From: Corallococcus coralloides | GTDB taxonomy: Bacteria > Myxococcota > Myxococcia > Myxococcales > Myxococcaceae | Direction: 5' to 3' (one strand) | Assembly: GCF_044792175.1 (NCBI RefSeq) | Contig: NZ_CP172866.1 | Length of the DNA stretch: 64,000 bases | Shown here: one piece after another, positions 49,291-59,432 of the stretch | Numbering within the stretch: the first letter of the stretch is position 1 | Layout of the letters: each line of letters opens with the position of its first letter | Translations under genes and position numbers: made by a program | The notes under the pieces: generated by a model | Told to the model about the DNA's origin: nothing | The model's input: only the letters and a program-made list of their open reading frames with translations | Databases searched by the model: none

Positions 49291-52200
49291 CTACTTGTCG
49301 AGCTCGTCGACGAGCGCCGTCCAGTCGTCCTCACCGGCTTCGGGGGCGGTGGGCAACTGCATCACCATGGTGCGCTCCGGGGCCTCCTCGTCCACGGGGA
49401 CGGGGGTGGGCGCCGCCTTCTTCGCGGCCGGCTTTGCGGCGGCCTTGGCCGGAGGCTTGGCGGCTGCCGGGATGACCGGGTTGGCCTGGACGGTGGCGGC
49501 CAGGTGCTCGTCCTCGGGGGCCTTGGCGCCGGCCTTCGCGGCGGGGGCGGCGGCCGCGGCGGGGGCCTTGGTCTTGTAGCGGGCCAGCTCCAGCTCGGCG
49601 ACCTTGAGCGCCTTGCTCTTCTCCTGGACGGACGTCTGGAGGCGGGCGACCTCCTGGGCCTTGATGGCCTCGCGGCGCTCGAGCTCCGCCTTCTGCTTGG
49701 CGTTGAGGTCCTCCAGCTCCTTGGCCTGACGGGCCTCCAGGTCCTTGCGCTCCTTCTGCGCCGTGGCGAGCCTGGCGGCCGCCTCGTTGGCCTTGGTCTC
49801 CGCCGCGGCGACGCGGGCGTTGAGGTCCTTCTCCGCGCGGGCGCGGGTGCTCTGGGCGTTCTCCAGCGCCAGCTCCAGGTCCTGGGCCTTCTTGGTGCGG
49901 GCCTGCAACTGGGCCTGGGCGTCCTTGAGCTTCGCCTCCGTGTCGGCGGCGAACTTCTGGGCCTCCTGGGCGAGCTGGGCGATGCGCTGCTCGGCCTTGG
50001 CGAGCTTCGCGGCCAGGTCGTCCGACTGCTTCTTCGCCTCGGCGGCGGCGGCCTGCGCCTGCTGGGCCTGCTGTTGGGCCTGGGCCTGGGCCTGCTGGAG
50101 CTGTCCGGCCAGCCCGTCGCGCTCGCTGGTGAGCTTCTTCTGCTGGTTCGCGGCCTGCTGGAGCTGTCCGTCGCGGTCCGCGATGGCCTTGCGCGCGCCG
50201 TCCAGCTCGCCGGAGACGTTGGAGAGCTGCTGGTGGAGCGCGTCCGCCTGCTTCTTCGCCTCGGCGGCCTGGTGCTCCAACTGGCCTTCCAGTTGCTTCA
50301 CCTGCTCCGTGCGGGTGGAGACCTCGCGGTTGAGCACCTCCGCCTGACGCATCTTCTCCTGCGTCACGTGCGTGAGCTTGCGGAGCGTGTCCGACAGCTC
50401 CTTGCCCTTGGTGTCGACCTCGTTCTGGAGGAGCTCCTCACGGCGCTGCGACTCGTGGGTGAGCGTCTGGAGGCGGTCCTCCAGGTGGTGCCGCGCGTCC
50501 TCCGTCTGCGCGAGCGTGGAGGACAGTTGCGTGACTTCCGACACGCGCGTGCCCAGCTCGTGCTTGGTGACGATGAGCTGCTCGGCCAGGTCCTCGCCGT
50601 TGGCCTGGGCCTCGGTGAGCTGGCGCGTGAGCTCCGCCTGGGCGCTGGCGGCGGCCTCGCGGGACTGCGCGTGGGCCTGCTCCTCGCGGGCGAGCGCGTC
50701 CTGGGTGCTGGCGAGCTGGCCCTGCGTGTCGGCCAACTGCCGCGAGGTGGCGTTCAGCTCCGCGAACAGGTTGTCGCGCTCGCCGGTGAGGGCGTTGATG
50801 CGCGCGGTGGTCTCCTCCGCGAGCGCCGCGTGGGCGGTGCGCTCCGCGTCGTAGAGCCCCTGCGTCTCGGACAGGTCCGCGCGCAACTGGCCAATCTGGC
50901 CGGTGAGGTCCTGCTCCAGCGCGTCCTTCGCCGTGTTGAGCGCCGCCAGCTCCGCGATGCGCGCGTCGCGCTCCTCGGTGGTGCGGGCGAGGAGGCCGTT
51001 GGTCTCCTGGAGGATGTCGCGCGTCTCGTTGAGCTCCGCGTCCAACTCGTCGCGGTGCGAGGTGACCTTCGCCAGGTCGGCGCGCGTCGACTCCAGGGTC
51101 TCCTGGGTCTGCGTCAGCGTCTGGCTGGTGGCCTCCAGCTCGCCGCGCGTCTCCGCGAGCGTGCCCTCGGTGCTGGAGAGCGTCGCCTGCGTCTCGGAGA
51201 GCGTGGCCTCCGTGCGCGCCAGCGTGTCCTGCGTCTGCGCGAGGGTGGATTCGGTGGTGGCCAGCGTCTGGCTGGTGGCCTCCAGCTCGCCCTGGGTGGA
51301 CGCGAGCGTCCCTTCCGTCTGCGCGAGCCTGGCCTGCGTGTCCGTCAGCGTCTGGCTGGTGGCCTCCAGCTCGCCGCGCGTCTCCGCGAGCGTGCCCTCC
51401 GTGCTGGTGAGCGTGGCCTGCGTGTCGGAGAGGCTCTGGCTGGTGGCCTCCAGCTCACCGCGCGTGGTGGAGAGCGTCTCCTCCGTCTGCGCGAGCTTGG
51501 ACTGGGTGTCCGCCAGGGTCTGGCTGGTGGCCTCCAGCTCGCCGCGCGTCTCCGCGAGCGTGCCCTCGGTGCTGGAGAGCGTCGCCTGCGTCTCGGAGAG
51601 CGTGGCCTCCGTGCGCGCCAGCGTGTCCTGCGTCTGGGCGAGCGTGGACTCGGTGGTGGCCAGCGTCTGGCTGGTGGCCTCCAGCTCGCCGCGCGTGGTG
51701 GAGAGCGTCTCCTCCGTCTGCGCCAGGCGCGTCTGCGTCTCGGAGAGCTGCTGGCTGGTGGCCTCCAGCTCGCCGCGCGTCTCGGAGAGGGTGGCCTCCG
51801 TGTTGGAGAGCGTGCCCTGCGTCTCGGAGAGCTGCTGGCTCGTCGCCTCCAGCTCGCCGCGCGTCTCCGCGAGCGTGGCCTCCGTGCCGGAGAGCGTGTT
51901 CTGCGTCTCGGAGAGCTGCTGGCTCGTGGCCTCCAGGTTGCCGGTCAGCTCGGCGATGCGGGCGTCGCGGTCGGAGACGTCGGTCTGCAGGCCCTCGATG
52001 GTGCCGTCGCGCTGGGTGACGGTGTCCTCGAGCGAGGCCACGCGCGCGGAGAGCTGCTCGCCCTGGCGCTGGGACGCGTCGAGCTGCTCGGTGAGCGCTT
52101 GAATCTGGCCGTTGAGGTCCGCCTCCAGGGCGTCCTTCGCCGCGCGCAGGTCCTCCAACTGGCTGGTGAGGTCCTGCTCCAGCGCGTCCTTGGCCTGCTG

Positions 52201-53895
52201 CAGCGCCTGGAGCTCCGCGGTCAGCTCGTTCTCGCGGTCCTCCAGGTGCGTCTTGACGGCCTCGACTTCGCCTTCCAGCTCACCGATGCGCTCGCGGTGC
52301 TGCTGGATGGTGGCGTTGAGCTCCGCCTCGCTGTTCTCGTTGCGGGCGATGGTCTCCTGCAGCTCGCGGTCGAGCGCGGAGATCTTCGCGTCCCGCTCCT
52401 CCAGGCGCTGCGTGAGGTCCGCCTCCAGGGCGTCCTTGTCCAGCCGGAGCTGGTCGCGCTCGCCGGTGACGCGCGCGATGTCGGACTCCAGGTCCGCCAC
52501 CTGCTGCGTGAGGCGCTGCTCCAGGGCGGCGCGCTCGGCGTTGAGGCGCTCAATCTCCGCGTCCGAGCGGCTGGCGTGCTCCTCCGCCGTGGTGGCCCGG
52601 GCCTCCAGGCCGCGCACGGTGGCGTCGCGCTCCTGCTCCGTCTGGGTCAGCCGCTCCTGGAGGGCCTGCAGCTCGCCGTCCAGCTCGGCGTAGCGCTGGT
52701 CGCGCTCGCTGACGGTGCGGGCCAGCTCGGACTCGAACTGATCGCCGCGCTCGCGCAACTGGAGGATGTCCGCCTCGTTGGCGCGGACGGTGTCCTGGAG
52801 CTTCTGCTCCTTGACCTCGAACTCCAGCGTGACGACGCCGAGGTGCTTCTCCAGCTTGTCGAACTCGTTGCGCCAGCTCTCCAGGTCCGCGCCGCGCCGG
52901 GCCAGCTCCTCGTCGCGGAGGTTGACCTCCTTGCGCAGGACGTTGATGTCCTTCTCCTTGGAGGCGACGACCTCGATGAGGTCCTTCTCCGAGGAGAACT
53001 TCTGGAGGAGCAGGTCGTCGACGGTGGCGCCGTGCTCGCGCTCCTTCTGGACGATGGACTGCTGCGCGTCGTTGAAGCGGCGCAGCAGGTCGTCCACCTG
53101 CATCTTCAGGCCCTGCAGCTCCACGTCCTTCTCGTGGAGGCGGTCCTCGACGGAGAGCAGCTCGCGCTCGCGGACGCTCCAGATCTCCGACAGGCGCGCG
53201 AGCTGGGCTTCGCGCGTCTTCAGCTCGTCCCGGAGGATTTGAATCTTGCCCTCGGGCGTGCCCATCAGCTCGCGGCGCGGGGGCGGGCGCTTGAGCTGAC
53301 GCGACTCCGCCAGCAGCTCCGCCTTGCGGTCCGCGATGGACGAGAAGGCCCGGTCCATGAAGGCCTTGTCCTCGTCCGTCATGGCGCTGCGGCGCTCGCG
53401 CTTGGGCAGCTTGGGCGGGGCGCCCGTGCGCACGCCGGGCATGGGCGGCGGGGCTTCACGCGGCTGGCCGGAGAGCGCGGCGTCCAGGTCCGCGTCGGAC
53501 TCGTCGGAGCCGGGCGGCACGATGCCCGCGCTCATGGAGGCCAGCTCGCCCATCTCGAACGGGATGACGAGGTAGCCGTCCGCGGCGGCCGGCGTCTCAC
53601 GGTGTTTGTTCAGACCCTCCACACCGGAGTCGGAGGAGAGCAGGAGGACCTTCAGGTTCTGGCCCCACTTGCCCTTCTTGATCTGCCCACAGAGGGCGAA
53701 GCCGGACTGGTCCGGCAGCTCCGCGCGCACGACGACGAGGTCGGGTCGGCGCTTCTCCAGCTCCCGCTGCGCGTCTGACGCAGTGGTGGCCATGGCCGTG
53801 TTGTAGCCCGCGCTCTTGAGCACGGAGGCCATGCTGAGTGCGAAGTCGTTCTGGCTTTCGACGATGAGGACGCGACGCTCCATGAAGCCCTTCAC
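49291..53895 (-). CDS. response-regulator receiver domain fused to a very long coiled-coil (AglZ/FrzS-like architecture)
   Basis: N-terminal CheY-like receiver (VLIVESQNDFALSMASVLKSAGY...) followed by about 1300 aa of heptad-repeat coiled coil and an Ala/Pro/Lys-rich tail; 1534 aa. Confidence 0.8.
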   Translation of the reverse strand: MKGFMERRVLIVESQNDFALSMASVLKSAGYNTAMATTASDAQRELEKRRPDLVVVRAELPDQSGFALCGQIKKGKWGQNLKVLLLSSDSGVEGLNKHRETPAAADGYLVIPFEMGELASMSAGIVPPGSDESDADLDAALSGQPREAPPPMPGVRTGAPPKLPKRERRSAMTDEDKAFMDRAFSSIADRKAELLAESRQLKRPPPRRELMGTPEGKIQILRDELKTREAQLARLSEIWSVRERELLSVEDRLHEKDVELQGLKMQVDDLLRRFNDAQQSIVQKEREHGATVDDLLLQKFSSEKDLIEVVASKEKDINVLRKEVNLRDEELARRGADLESWRNEFDKLEKHLGVVTLEFEVKEQKLQDTVRANEADILQLRERGDQFESELARTVSERDQRYAELDGELQALQERLTQTEQERDATVRGLEARATTAEEHASRSDAEIERLNAERAALEQRLTQQVADLESDIARVTGERDQLRLDKDALEADLTQRLEERDAKISALDRELQETIARNENSEAELNATIQQHRERIGELEGEVEAVKTHLEDRENELTAELQALQQAKDALEQDLTSQLEDLRAAKDALEADLNGQIQALTEQLDASQRQGEQLSARVASLEDTVTQRDGTIEGLQTDVSDRDARIAELTGNLEATSQQLSETQNTLSGTEATLAETRGELEATSQQLSETQGTLSNTEATLSETRGELEATSQQLSETQTRLAQTEETLSTTRGELEATSQTLATTESTLAQTQDTLARTEATLSETQATLSSTEGTLAETRGELEATSQTLADTQSKLAQTEETLSTTRGELEATSQSLSDTQATLTSTEGTLAETRGELEATSQTLTDTQARLAQTEGTLASTQGELEATSQTLATTESTLAQTQDTLARTEATLSETQATLSSTEGTLAETRGELEATSQTLTQTQETLESTRADLAKVTSHRDELDAELNETRDILQETNGLLARTTEERDARIAELAALNTAKDALEQDLTGQIGQLRADLSETQGLYDAERTAHAALAEETTARINALTGERDNLFAELNATSRQLADTQGQLASTQDALAREEQAHAQSREAAASAQAELTRQLTEAQANGEDLAEQLIVTKHELGTRVSEVTQLSSTLAQTEDARHHLEDRLQTLTHESQRREELLQNEVDTKGKELSDTLRKLTHVTQEKMRQAEVLNREVSTRTEQVKQLEGQLEHQAAEAKKQADALHQQLSNVSGELDGARKAIADRDGQLQQAANQQKKLTSERDGLAGQLQQAQAQAQQQAQQAQAAAAEAKKQSDDLAAKLAKAEQRIAQLAQEAQKFAADTEAKLKDAQAQLQARTKKAQDLELALENAQSTRARAEKDLNARVAAAETKANEAAARLATAQKERKDLEARQAKELEDLNAKQKAELERREAIKAQEVARLQTSVQEKSKALKVAELELARYKTKAPAAAAAPAAKAGAKAPEDEHLAATVQANPVIPAAAKPPAKAAAKPAAKKAAPTPVPVDEEAPERTMVMQLPTAPEAGEDDWTALVDELDK
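51090..51945 (-). repeat. intragenic tandem repeats (84-bp / 28-aa units RGELEATSQxLxxTQxxLxxTExTLxxT) with a 180-bp exact segment duplicated about 400 bp apart
   Basis: About ten 28-aa units. A 60-aa segment (RGELEATSQTLATTESTLAQTQDTLARTEATLSETQATLSSTEGTLAETRGELEATSQTL) occurs twice verbatim at nt 51513-51693 and 51114-51294. Confidence 0.8.
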
Positions 53896-53982
53896 CCAGC
53901 AAAAAGTGCAGTGAAAACCGCCACATCCTATCGGGCGGGCGCAAGGCTTGGGAAGTTTCCGAGCAGCGCTCGGTCGGCTGCC

Positions 53983-56787
53983 TCACGAGTTCTTGCCGCG
54001 AACCGCTCCCTGGCCGACAGGCGGGACCGACCCGGGGGACTCGCCTGCTTCCGGATCCCGCCCGGGGAAGTTGGTGGGCGGGGTGTGCCGGGCGAAGCGG
54101 GCGCCCTCGGGGGGACAGTACCCGTGCGCGAGCTGGGCGAACCACGGGTTGAGGGTGGAGTCGGGGGGCGCGGGCGGGGGCCCCGGGTCCTCGGCGTCCG
54201 CGGACTCCACGTCGAGCGAGTCCGCGTCCTGGACCTCGTCGGCGGCGATCTCCTCCGCCTCTTCCAGCGCCGCGCTGGCGGTGGAGGGCGTGTTCCCGGC
54301 GTCGTCGTCCAGGGACAGGGCCTCGTCGGCGGCGATCTCCTCCGGCTCATCGTCCGGGTGCGCGGCCGAGGGCTTCAGCACGGGGGGCGTGGGGATCAGC
54401 CGGGGCGGCGGTCCCTGGCGCGGAACGGGCGGCGGCGCGGCGGCGCGGGGCGGTAGCTGCGGCGGGCGGTCCGCGTCGGAGACGGAGCCACCGCGGATGG
54501 GCGGCTTGTCGGACTCCGTGAGCACGGGGGGGCGGGCGGCGGGCCGGCCTGGATCCGCGGCGAGGCCGCCACGGATGGGCGGTTTGTCCGCGTCGGCCAT
54601 GGGAGAGGGAGTGGGGAAGAGACGCGGAGGTTCAGAGGGGACCGGATCCGCTGGCCGCTGCGCACGGCCGGCGCCCGTGCTTCGCGCCCCGTTCTGCAGC
54701 GAGCGCATGGGCACGATGGGCGTGGGCGCGGGAGGCTCCTCTTCCTCACGCATGACCCCGGTCCGGCGCACGACCGGGGTGGGGGCCCGCTCCTCGTCCT
54801 CCGAGAGGGAGGGGGGACGGCGCACGATGGGCGTGGGCGCGGGAGGCTCTTCCTCGGAGGCCGGCCTGCGCACGATGGGCGTGGGCGCGGGAGGTTCTTC
54901 CTCGGAGGCGGGCCTGCGCACGACGGGCGTGGGCGCGGGAGGCTCTTCCTCGGAGGGCGGCCTGCGCACGACGGGGGTGGGGGCCGGCGTGCTCGTGTCG
55001 TCCTCCGCCACCGGCCGGCGCACCACGGCCGTCGCTCCGGCGGAGACATCCTCGGAGTCCCCGGCGTCGTCCCCACCGGCATCCTTCAAGCCGAGCGCCT
55101 TCACCAGGGGGCTCGTCACCATCTCCGTGGGGGGAGACGGCTCCGCGCCACGGCCTCCCAGTGGTTCCGGCTCCTCGGCCTTCGCGGGGGCGGAGGGCAG
55201 CGCCGTCTTCGCGGTGTCGTCGGTCGTCCTGGAGGCGGAGGCGGCCCCGGGCTCCGGCGGGGGCGTGGCTTCCCGGCTCGCGGGGGCCGGATCGGACTTG
55301 CCTGACTCGCGCAGCGGCAGGCCCATGACCATGGGCACTTCGTCCGGCCGCATGTCCGGCTCGGTCTTGACGAGCCGGGTGTCCATCCCGTCGTCCAGGG
55401 CCATGCCCATCACCACGGGCGGGTCCTCCGCCGGGACCTCCTTCGCGGGCGGCGGGGCGGCTTCGTCGGCCCCGGCCTGAGGCGCCGGCTTCGAGGGCGG
55501 CCTGGGCGCCGCGGGCTGGGACGCCTCCGGCATGCCCAGGCTCGCGAGCCGGTTCGTGGGCGTGCCCGTCATCGTGACGTCGGGCGGCTCGCTGGCGGCT
55601 TCGACCGGGACGTGGCCGCGCTTCTCCAGCAGCGAGTCATACAGGTCCAGCAACTGGCCCCGGATGAGGCCCGCGTCCAGCACCTTCTCCGCGAACGCGC
55701 GCCCGGCCTTGCCCAGCGCCACGCGGCGGGGCACGTCGCGCGCCAGGTCCAGGATGCGCTCGGAGAGGGCGCGGCTGTCGCCCGGGGGGAAGAAGACGGC
55801 CGCGTCCTTTGGAAGCAGCTCGCGGGTGACGGGCAGGTCCGCTGCGATGACCGGCCGGCCGGCGGCCAGGTACTCGGAGACCTTGGCCAGCGGTCCGCCC
55901 TGGAGCCGGTTGCGCTCCGAGTCGTCCAGCGGCAGCACGCCCACGTCCGCCAGCGCCAGCACCTTGACCAGGTCGTCGTGCGCGACGGGCGGCTGGAAGT
56001 CGACCTTCTCCTTGATGCCCAGGTCGTTGACCAGGTCCTCCAGGTGGGGCTTCCAGTCCGGATGGTGCGCGCCCACCAGCGTCAGGCGCACGTCCACCTG
56101 CTGGGACGCGAGCGCGGTGGCGCGCAGGAGGGTGGGCAGGCCCTGCCAGCCCACGTGGCTGCCCAGGTACATCATGCGCAGGGGCGAGCCGTCCGGGGCG
56201 CCGAGCACCTCCGGGTCGTACGGCTTCAGGTCCACGGGCGCGCGGATCGTGCGCAGTTGGTCCTCCGCCGCGCCCAGCCCCTGGATGTACGCGCGCGTCG
56301 TCTGCGAGCCGGTGACGACGAGGTCCGCGTTCATCAGGCAGAACAGCTCCTGGCGGCGGATCTTCGACAGGAAGCGGCGGTCCCCGTCCGTCTGCGGGTG
56401 GGTGTAGCGCAGCTCCTGGGAGGGGAAGGTCTGCGCCTCATAGATGAGGCGGTAGCCGTAGTCCGCCTTCAGCTCGCAGAGCGCGTAGCCCCCGAAGGGG
56501 TCCGTGAAGTGGGCGAGCGCGTAGTCCTCGCTCTCCAACTGGCGGCGCACGGCCCGCTCAAAGGACTGGATGCGCGACGCCAGGTCCCCGGAGCCTACCG
56601 GGACGCGGAGCAGCCGGGCGCCCTGGTACTTCTCGATATGGGAGTGGTCGGGCGTCTTCGCCGACAGCACCACCACGGAGAAGCGATCAGGCAACGCCTT
56701 CAGATACTCGGTCAGTCGGCGTGAGGAGCCAGACGGGCCGGGGATGACGTCGAAGCTGCACAGGAGAAGTCTGGGCAGGTCACTCAA
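53983..56787 (-). CDS. GT4-family glycosyltransferase with about 540-aa Pro-rich low-complexity C-terminal extension
   Basis: N-terminal about 390 aa GT-B/GT4 with the EX7E-type region GGPLAKVSEYLAAGRPVIAA. The C-terminus is disordered and Pro/Glu/Ala-rich with repeats. Confidence 0.8.
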   Translation of the reverse strand: MSDLPRLLLCSFDVIPGPSGSSRRLTEYLKALPDRFSVVVLSAKTPDHSHIEKYQGARLLRVPVGSGDLASRIQSFERAVRRQLESEDYALAHFTDPFGGYALCELKADYGYRLIYEAQTFPSQELRYTHPQTDGDRRFLSKIRRQELFCLMNADLVVTGSQTTRAYIQGLGAAEDQLRTIRAPVDLKPYDPEVLGAPDGSPLRMMYLGSHVGWQGLPTLLRATALASQQVDVRLTLVGAHHPDWKPHLEDLVNDLGIKEKVDFQPPVAHDDLVKVLALADVGVLPLDDSERNRLQGGPLAKVSEYLAAGRPVIAADLPVTRELLPKDAAVFFPPGDSRALSERILDLARDVPRRVALGKAGRAFAEKVLDAGLIRGQLLDLYDSLLEKRGHVPVEAASEPPDVTMTGTPTNRLASLGMPEASQPAAPRPPSKPAPQAGADEAAPPPAKEVPAEDPPVVMGMALDDGMDTRLVKTEPDMRPDEVPMVMGLPLRESGKSDPAPASREATPPPEPGAASASRTTDDTAKTALPSAPAKAEEPEPLGGRGAEPSPPTEMVTSPLVKALGLKDAGGDDAGDSEDVSAGATAVVRRPVAEDDTSTPAPTPVVRRPPSEEEPPAPTPVVRRPASEEEPPAPTPIVRRPASEEEPPAPTPIVRRPPSLSEDEERAPTPVVRRTGVMREEEEPPAPTPIVPMRSLQNGARSTGAGRAQRPADPVPSEPPRLFPTPSPMADADKPPIRGGLAADPGRPAARPPVLTESDKPPIRGGSVSDADRPPQLPPRAAAPPPVPRQGPPPRLIPTPPVLKPSAAHPDDEPEEIAADEALSLDDDAGNTPSTASAALEEAEEIAADEVQDADSLDVESADAEDPGPPPAPPDSTLNPWFAQLAHGYCPPEGARFARHTPPTNFPGRDPEAGESPGSVPPVGQGAVRGKNS
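54700..55030 (-). repeat. tandem repeats encoding EEPPAPTP(V/I)VRRP(A/P)SEE, about 5 copies (about 57-bp unit)
   Basis: Read from the translated GT4 tail. Two DKPPIRGG repeats lie further downstream. Confidence 0.7.
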
Positions 56788-56916
56788 GCGGTCGCAGGAT
56801 ACTTGGACAGGGGTGAGGTGTCATCGGGCGTGACGGATGAAGTAGGGGGTCGGCGGAACAACACATCCCGTGACGGATGCGTTGACCCCCTGTATGCCGC
56901 GTCATAACGAGGCGAG

Positions 56917-59406
56917 GTGTCCATGGATGAGCGGAAGGGCGTCACCGTGAGCTACCTGCGGCAGCTAGCCCGGAAATTTCTCCGGGAGGGAGCTGGCGCG
57001 TCCCGCGGGCGGGAGCTGGTCTCCACGCTGGCCGAGCGCATTCCCGCCCTGGGGCGGCTCGCGCGCATGGCCGGGCTGGCGACGTCCCGGCGCGGCTCCG
57101 GTGCCGTGCCCGGCGAGGAGCGCTCGCTGGACTCCGGCCGGGCGGACTCCCGCTCCGCGAGGAGCCCGACGCCCGAGTCCGTGCCCCTGCCTCCGTCCGA
57201 GGGTGCCGCCGCGCCGCAGGCACGAGAACTTTCCGAGGAGCCCATCACGGAGCCCAGCGGTGGCCCCAGGACGCGGCCCGCGCGCGTGGTGACGTTCCCC
57301 GCCCGCGCGAAGACGCGCCGCGACCCGGACGACGAGGACACGCAGTCCCTGGGGCCGGAGACGGCGACGCCGCGCCCGTCAGGTTCGCCCAAGGGCGAGG
57401 TGCCCGCCGCCGCGCCGCCCGCGCCCGTGAGCGAGCCGCCGCATGCCGCCGAGCCCCTGGTGGAGGGGTTCTTCGTGACGAAGATGGCGGGGGAGAAGGA
57501 GGCGCGCCGCCATCACCTCCTGGAGGAGCAGGCGCCGCGCCTTCCTCCGGCGGACGTGTCGCCCGAGCGCAACGAGCACCTGGCCATGCTTCCCCTGGAC
57601 TACCAGGACGACGCGATGGTGCTGCTCGCGAGGGATCCGCACACGCTCTTCGTCTTCTGGGACTTCAGCGCCGCGAGCCGGAGCCGGGCGCTGGACGGCC
57701 TGCCGGTGCCGCGCGCGGTGCTGAAGGTGTTCGACGGCGAGGGCGTGTCGCGCGAGGTGGACTTCGCGCTGGAGTCGCGCAGCTTCTATCTGCAGGGCAT
57801 GACGCCCGGGCGCACGTACCGGGTGGAGGCGCACTTCGTCGGTTCGGATGGCCGGTCGCGCCGCATCGGACATTCGTCCAATCGGGCCACGCTGCCGCCC
57901 GCGGGGCCGTCCGCGGACACGTCCATCCGGTTCCTGCGCATGCCGCCTCCGCCGGTGGTGGACCGCCTGCGCGAGGCCATCCCCGCGGCGGCGTCCGCGC
58001 GAGTTCCCCGGGTGGAGGAGCGCGAATACGTCACCTGGCGCCGGGTGCGGTTGCCGGGGAGCGCCGGGGTGGTGGACGAGCCGGAGGTCCACCGCGAGCG
58101 CATCGAGGACTATGTCGATGCGCCGCGCGTCCCCGGGGCCTCGGACCAGCGCTATGTGGAGGAGGAGTATCTGGAGAGCGCGCCGCGAGCGCCCGGGGCG
58201 TCGGACCAGCAGTACGCGCGCGTGGGGGAGGCGACGCTCGGTGAGGGCGCGGTGCTGGCCCCGTCTCGCGCACCCGGGGCGTCGGATCAGCGCTACCTGG
58301 CCGTGGAGCTGGCTCCGGGGGCTTCGGACCAGCGCTACGGTGGAGAGGTTGCGGGGGCCCCGTATCTGGAGGTGCCGCGCGCGCCGGGGGCTTCGGACCA
58401 GCGCTACGGTGGAGAGGTCGCGGGAGCCCCGTATCTGGAGGTGCCGCGCACGCCGGGTGCTTCGGATCAGCGGTACGGACAGTCGCTGCTGCCGGGCGGC
58501 GTTTCGGAGTACCGCTATCTGGAGGTGCCGCGTGCCCCGGGCGCTTCGGACCAGCGGTACGTGGCGGGAGGGCAGGGGACCCTGGAGGCGCCACGCGCGC
58601 CGGGGACTTCGGACCAGCGCTACCTGAGCGTGCCCCGTGCCGCGGGCGCATCGGATCAGCGGTACCTCACCGTGCCTCGCGCAGCGGGGGCGTCGGACCA
58701 GCAGTACCTCACGGTGCCGCGTGCGCCGGGCGCTTCGGACCAGCAGTACCTGAGCATGCCTCGCGCCGAGGGCGCTTCGGACCAGCAGTACCTCACCGTG
58801 CCGCGCGCGGCGGGCGCTTCGGATCAACGCTACCTGTCCGTGGATCGCGCCACGGGTGCGTCGGATCAGCAGTACATGACGGCGCCTCGGGCGGCGGGCG
58901 CTTGGGATCAGCGCTCCCCGTCCGCGGATCGTGCCGCGGGTGTGCCGGATCAAGCCGAGGCGTCACTTGCGGCCGGGTGCTCGGATGCCTGGTCTCCGGA
59001 GGGGCCGCGCTCACGGGGTGACGTGCTCGAAGCGCGTGAACTCTCGTCGTCTCGTCCCGCCGCGACCTCGGCTCCGGCGGGATCCGGTCCATCAACGCAG
59101 GGCGCGGCCTCCACGGATTCGTGGCGGCCCACGGAGCCCGAGCCTCCCAGGGACCCATGGGCCTTGAGCGTGGCGCGCGGCCCCTCCGCGTCCGAACAGC
59201 GTGCCCTCGACAAGGCCCGCGAGGCCGCCGAGGCCACGCGACGTGCCGCACCGGCCGCCGCGCCCACGAGCCCCGAGCCCGCGAAAACGGACACCGTGAC
59301 GTCCCCGCCCGCCGCGCCCACGAAGGCGGCCCAGAACCCACCGGAGCCCAAGCCCTCGGGCTCCAAGTCCTCCAAGTCCCGGCCCTCGCGCCGTGGACGG
59401 AAGTGA
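56917..59406 (+). CDS. DUF4912 domain protein with long tandem-repeat extension
   Basis: DUF4912-like core LPLDYQDDAMVLLARDPHTLFVFWDF. About 15 copies of PRAPGASDQRYL and a Pro/Ala-rich basic tail. GTG at 56917 (ATG at 56923). Confidence 0.7.
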   Translation: MSMDERKGVTVSYLRQLARKFLREGAGASRGRELVSTLAERIPALGRLARMAGLATSRRGSGAVPGEERSLDSGRADSRSARSPTPESVPLPPSEGAAAPQARELSEEPITEPSGGPRTRPARVVTFPARAKTRRDPDDEDTQSLGPETATPRPSGSPKGEVPAAAPPAPVSEPPHAAEPLVEGFFVTKMAGEKEARRHHLLEEQAPRLPPADVSPERNEHLAMLPLDYQDDAMVLLARDPHTLFVFWDFSAASRSRALDGLPVPRAVLKVFDGEGVSREVDFALESRSFYLQGMTPGRTYRVEAHFVGSDGRSRRIGHSSNRATLPPAGPSADTSIRFLRMPPPPVVDRLREAIPAAASARVPRVEEREYVTWRRVRLPGSAGVVDEPEVHRERIEDYVDAPRVPGASDQRYVEEEYLESAPRAPGASDQQYARVGEATLGEGAVLAPSRAPGASDQRYLAVELAPGASDQRYGGEVAGAPYLEVPRAPGASDQRYGGEVAGAPYLEVPRTPGASDQRYGQSLLPGGVSEYRYLEVPRAPGASDQRYVAGGQGTLEAPRAPGTSDQRYLSVPRAAGASDQRYLTVPRAAGASDQQYLTVPRAPGASDQQYLSMPRAEGASDQQYLTVPRAAGASDQRYLSVDRATGASDQQYMTAPRAAGAWDQRSPSADRAAGVPDQAEASLAAGCSDAWSPEGPRSRGDVLEARELSSSRPAATSAPAGSGPSTQGAASTDSWRPTEPEPPRDPWALSVARGPSASEQRALDKAREAAEATRRAAPAAAPTSPEPAKTDTVTSPPAAPTKAAQNPPEPKPSGSKSSKSRPSRRGRK
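58120..58945 (+). repeat. about 15 tandem 42-45-bp repeats encoding (V)PRAPGASDQ(R/Q)YL(T/S)
   Basis: Direct reading of the nucleotide and protein sequence; variable spacers between copies. Confidence 0.8.
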
Positions 59407-59432
59407 ACCCGCACGGCCTCTCCGACCGACCT

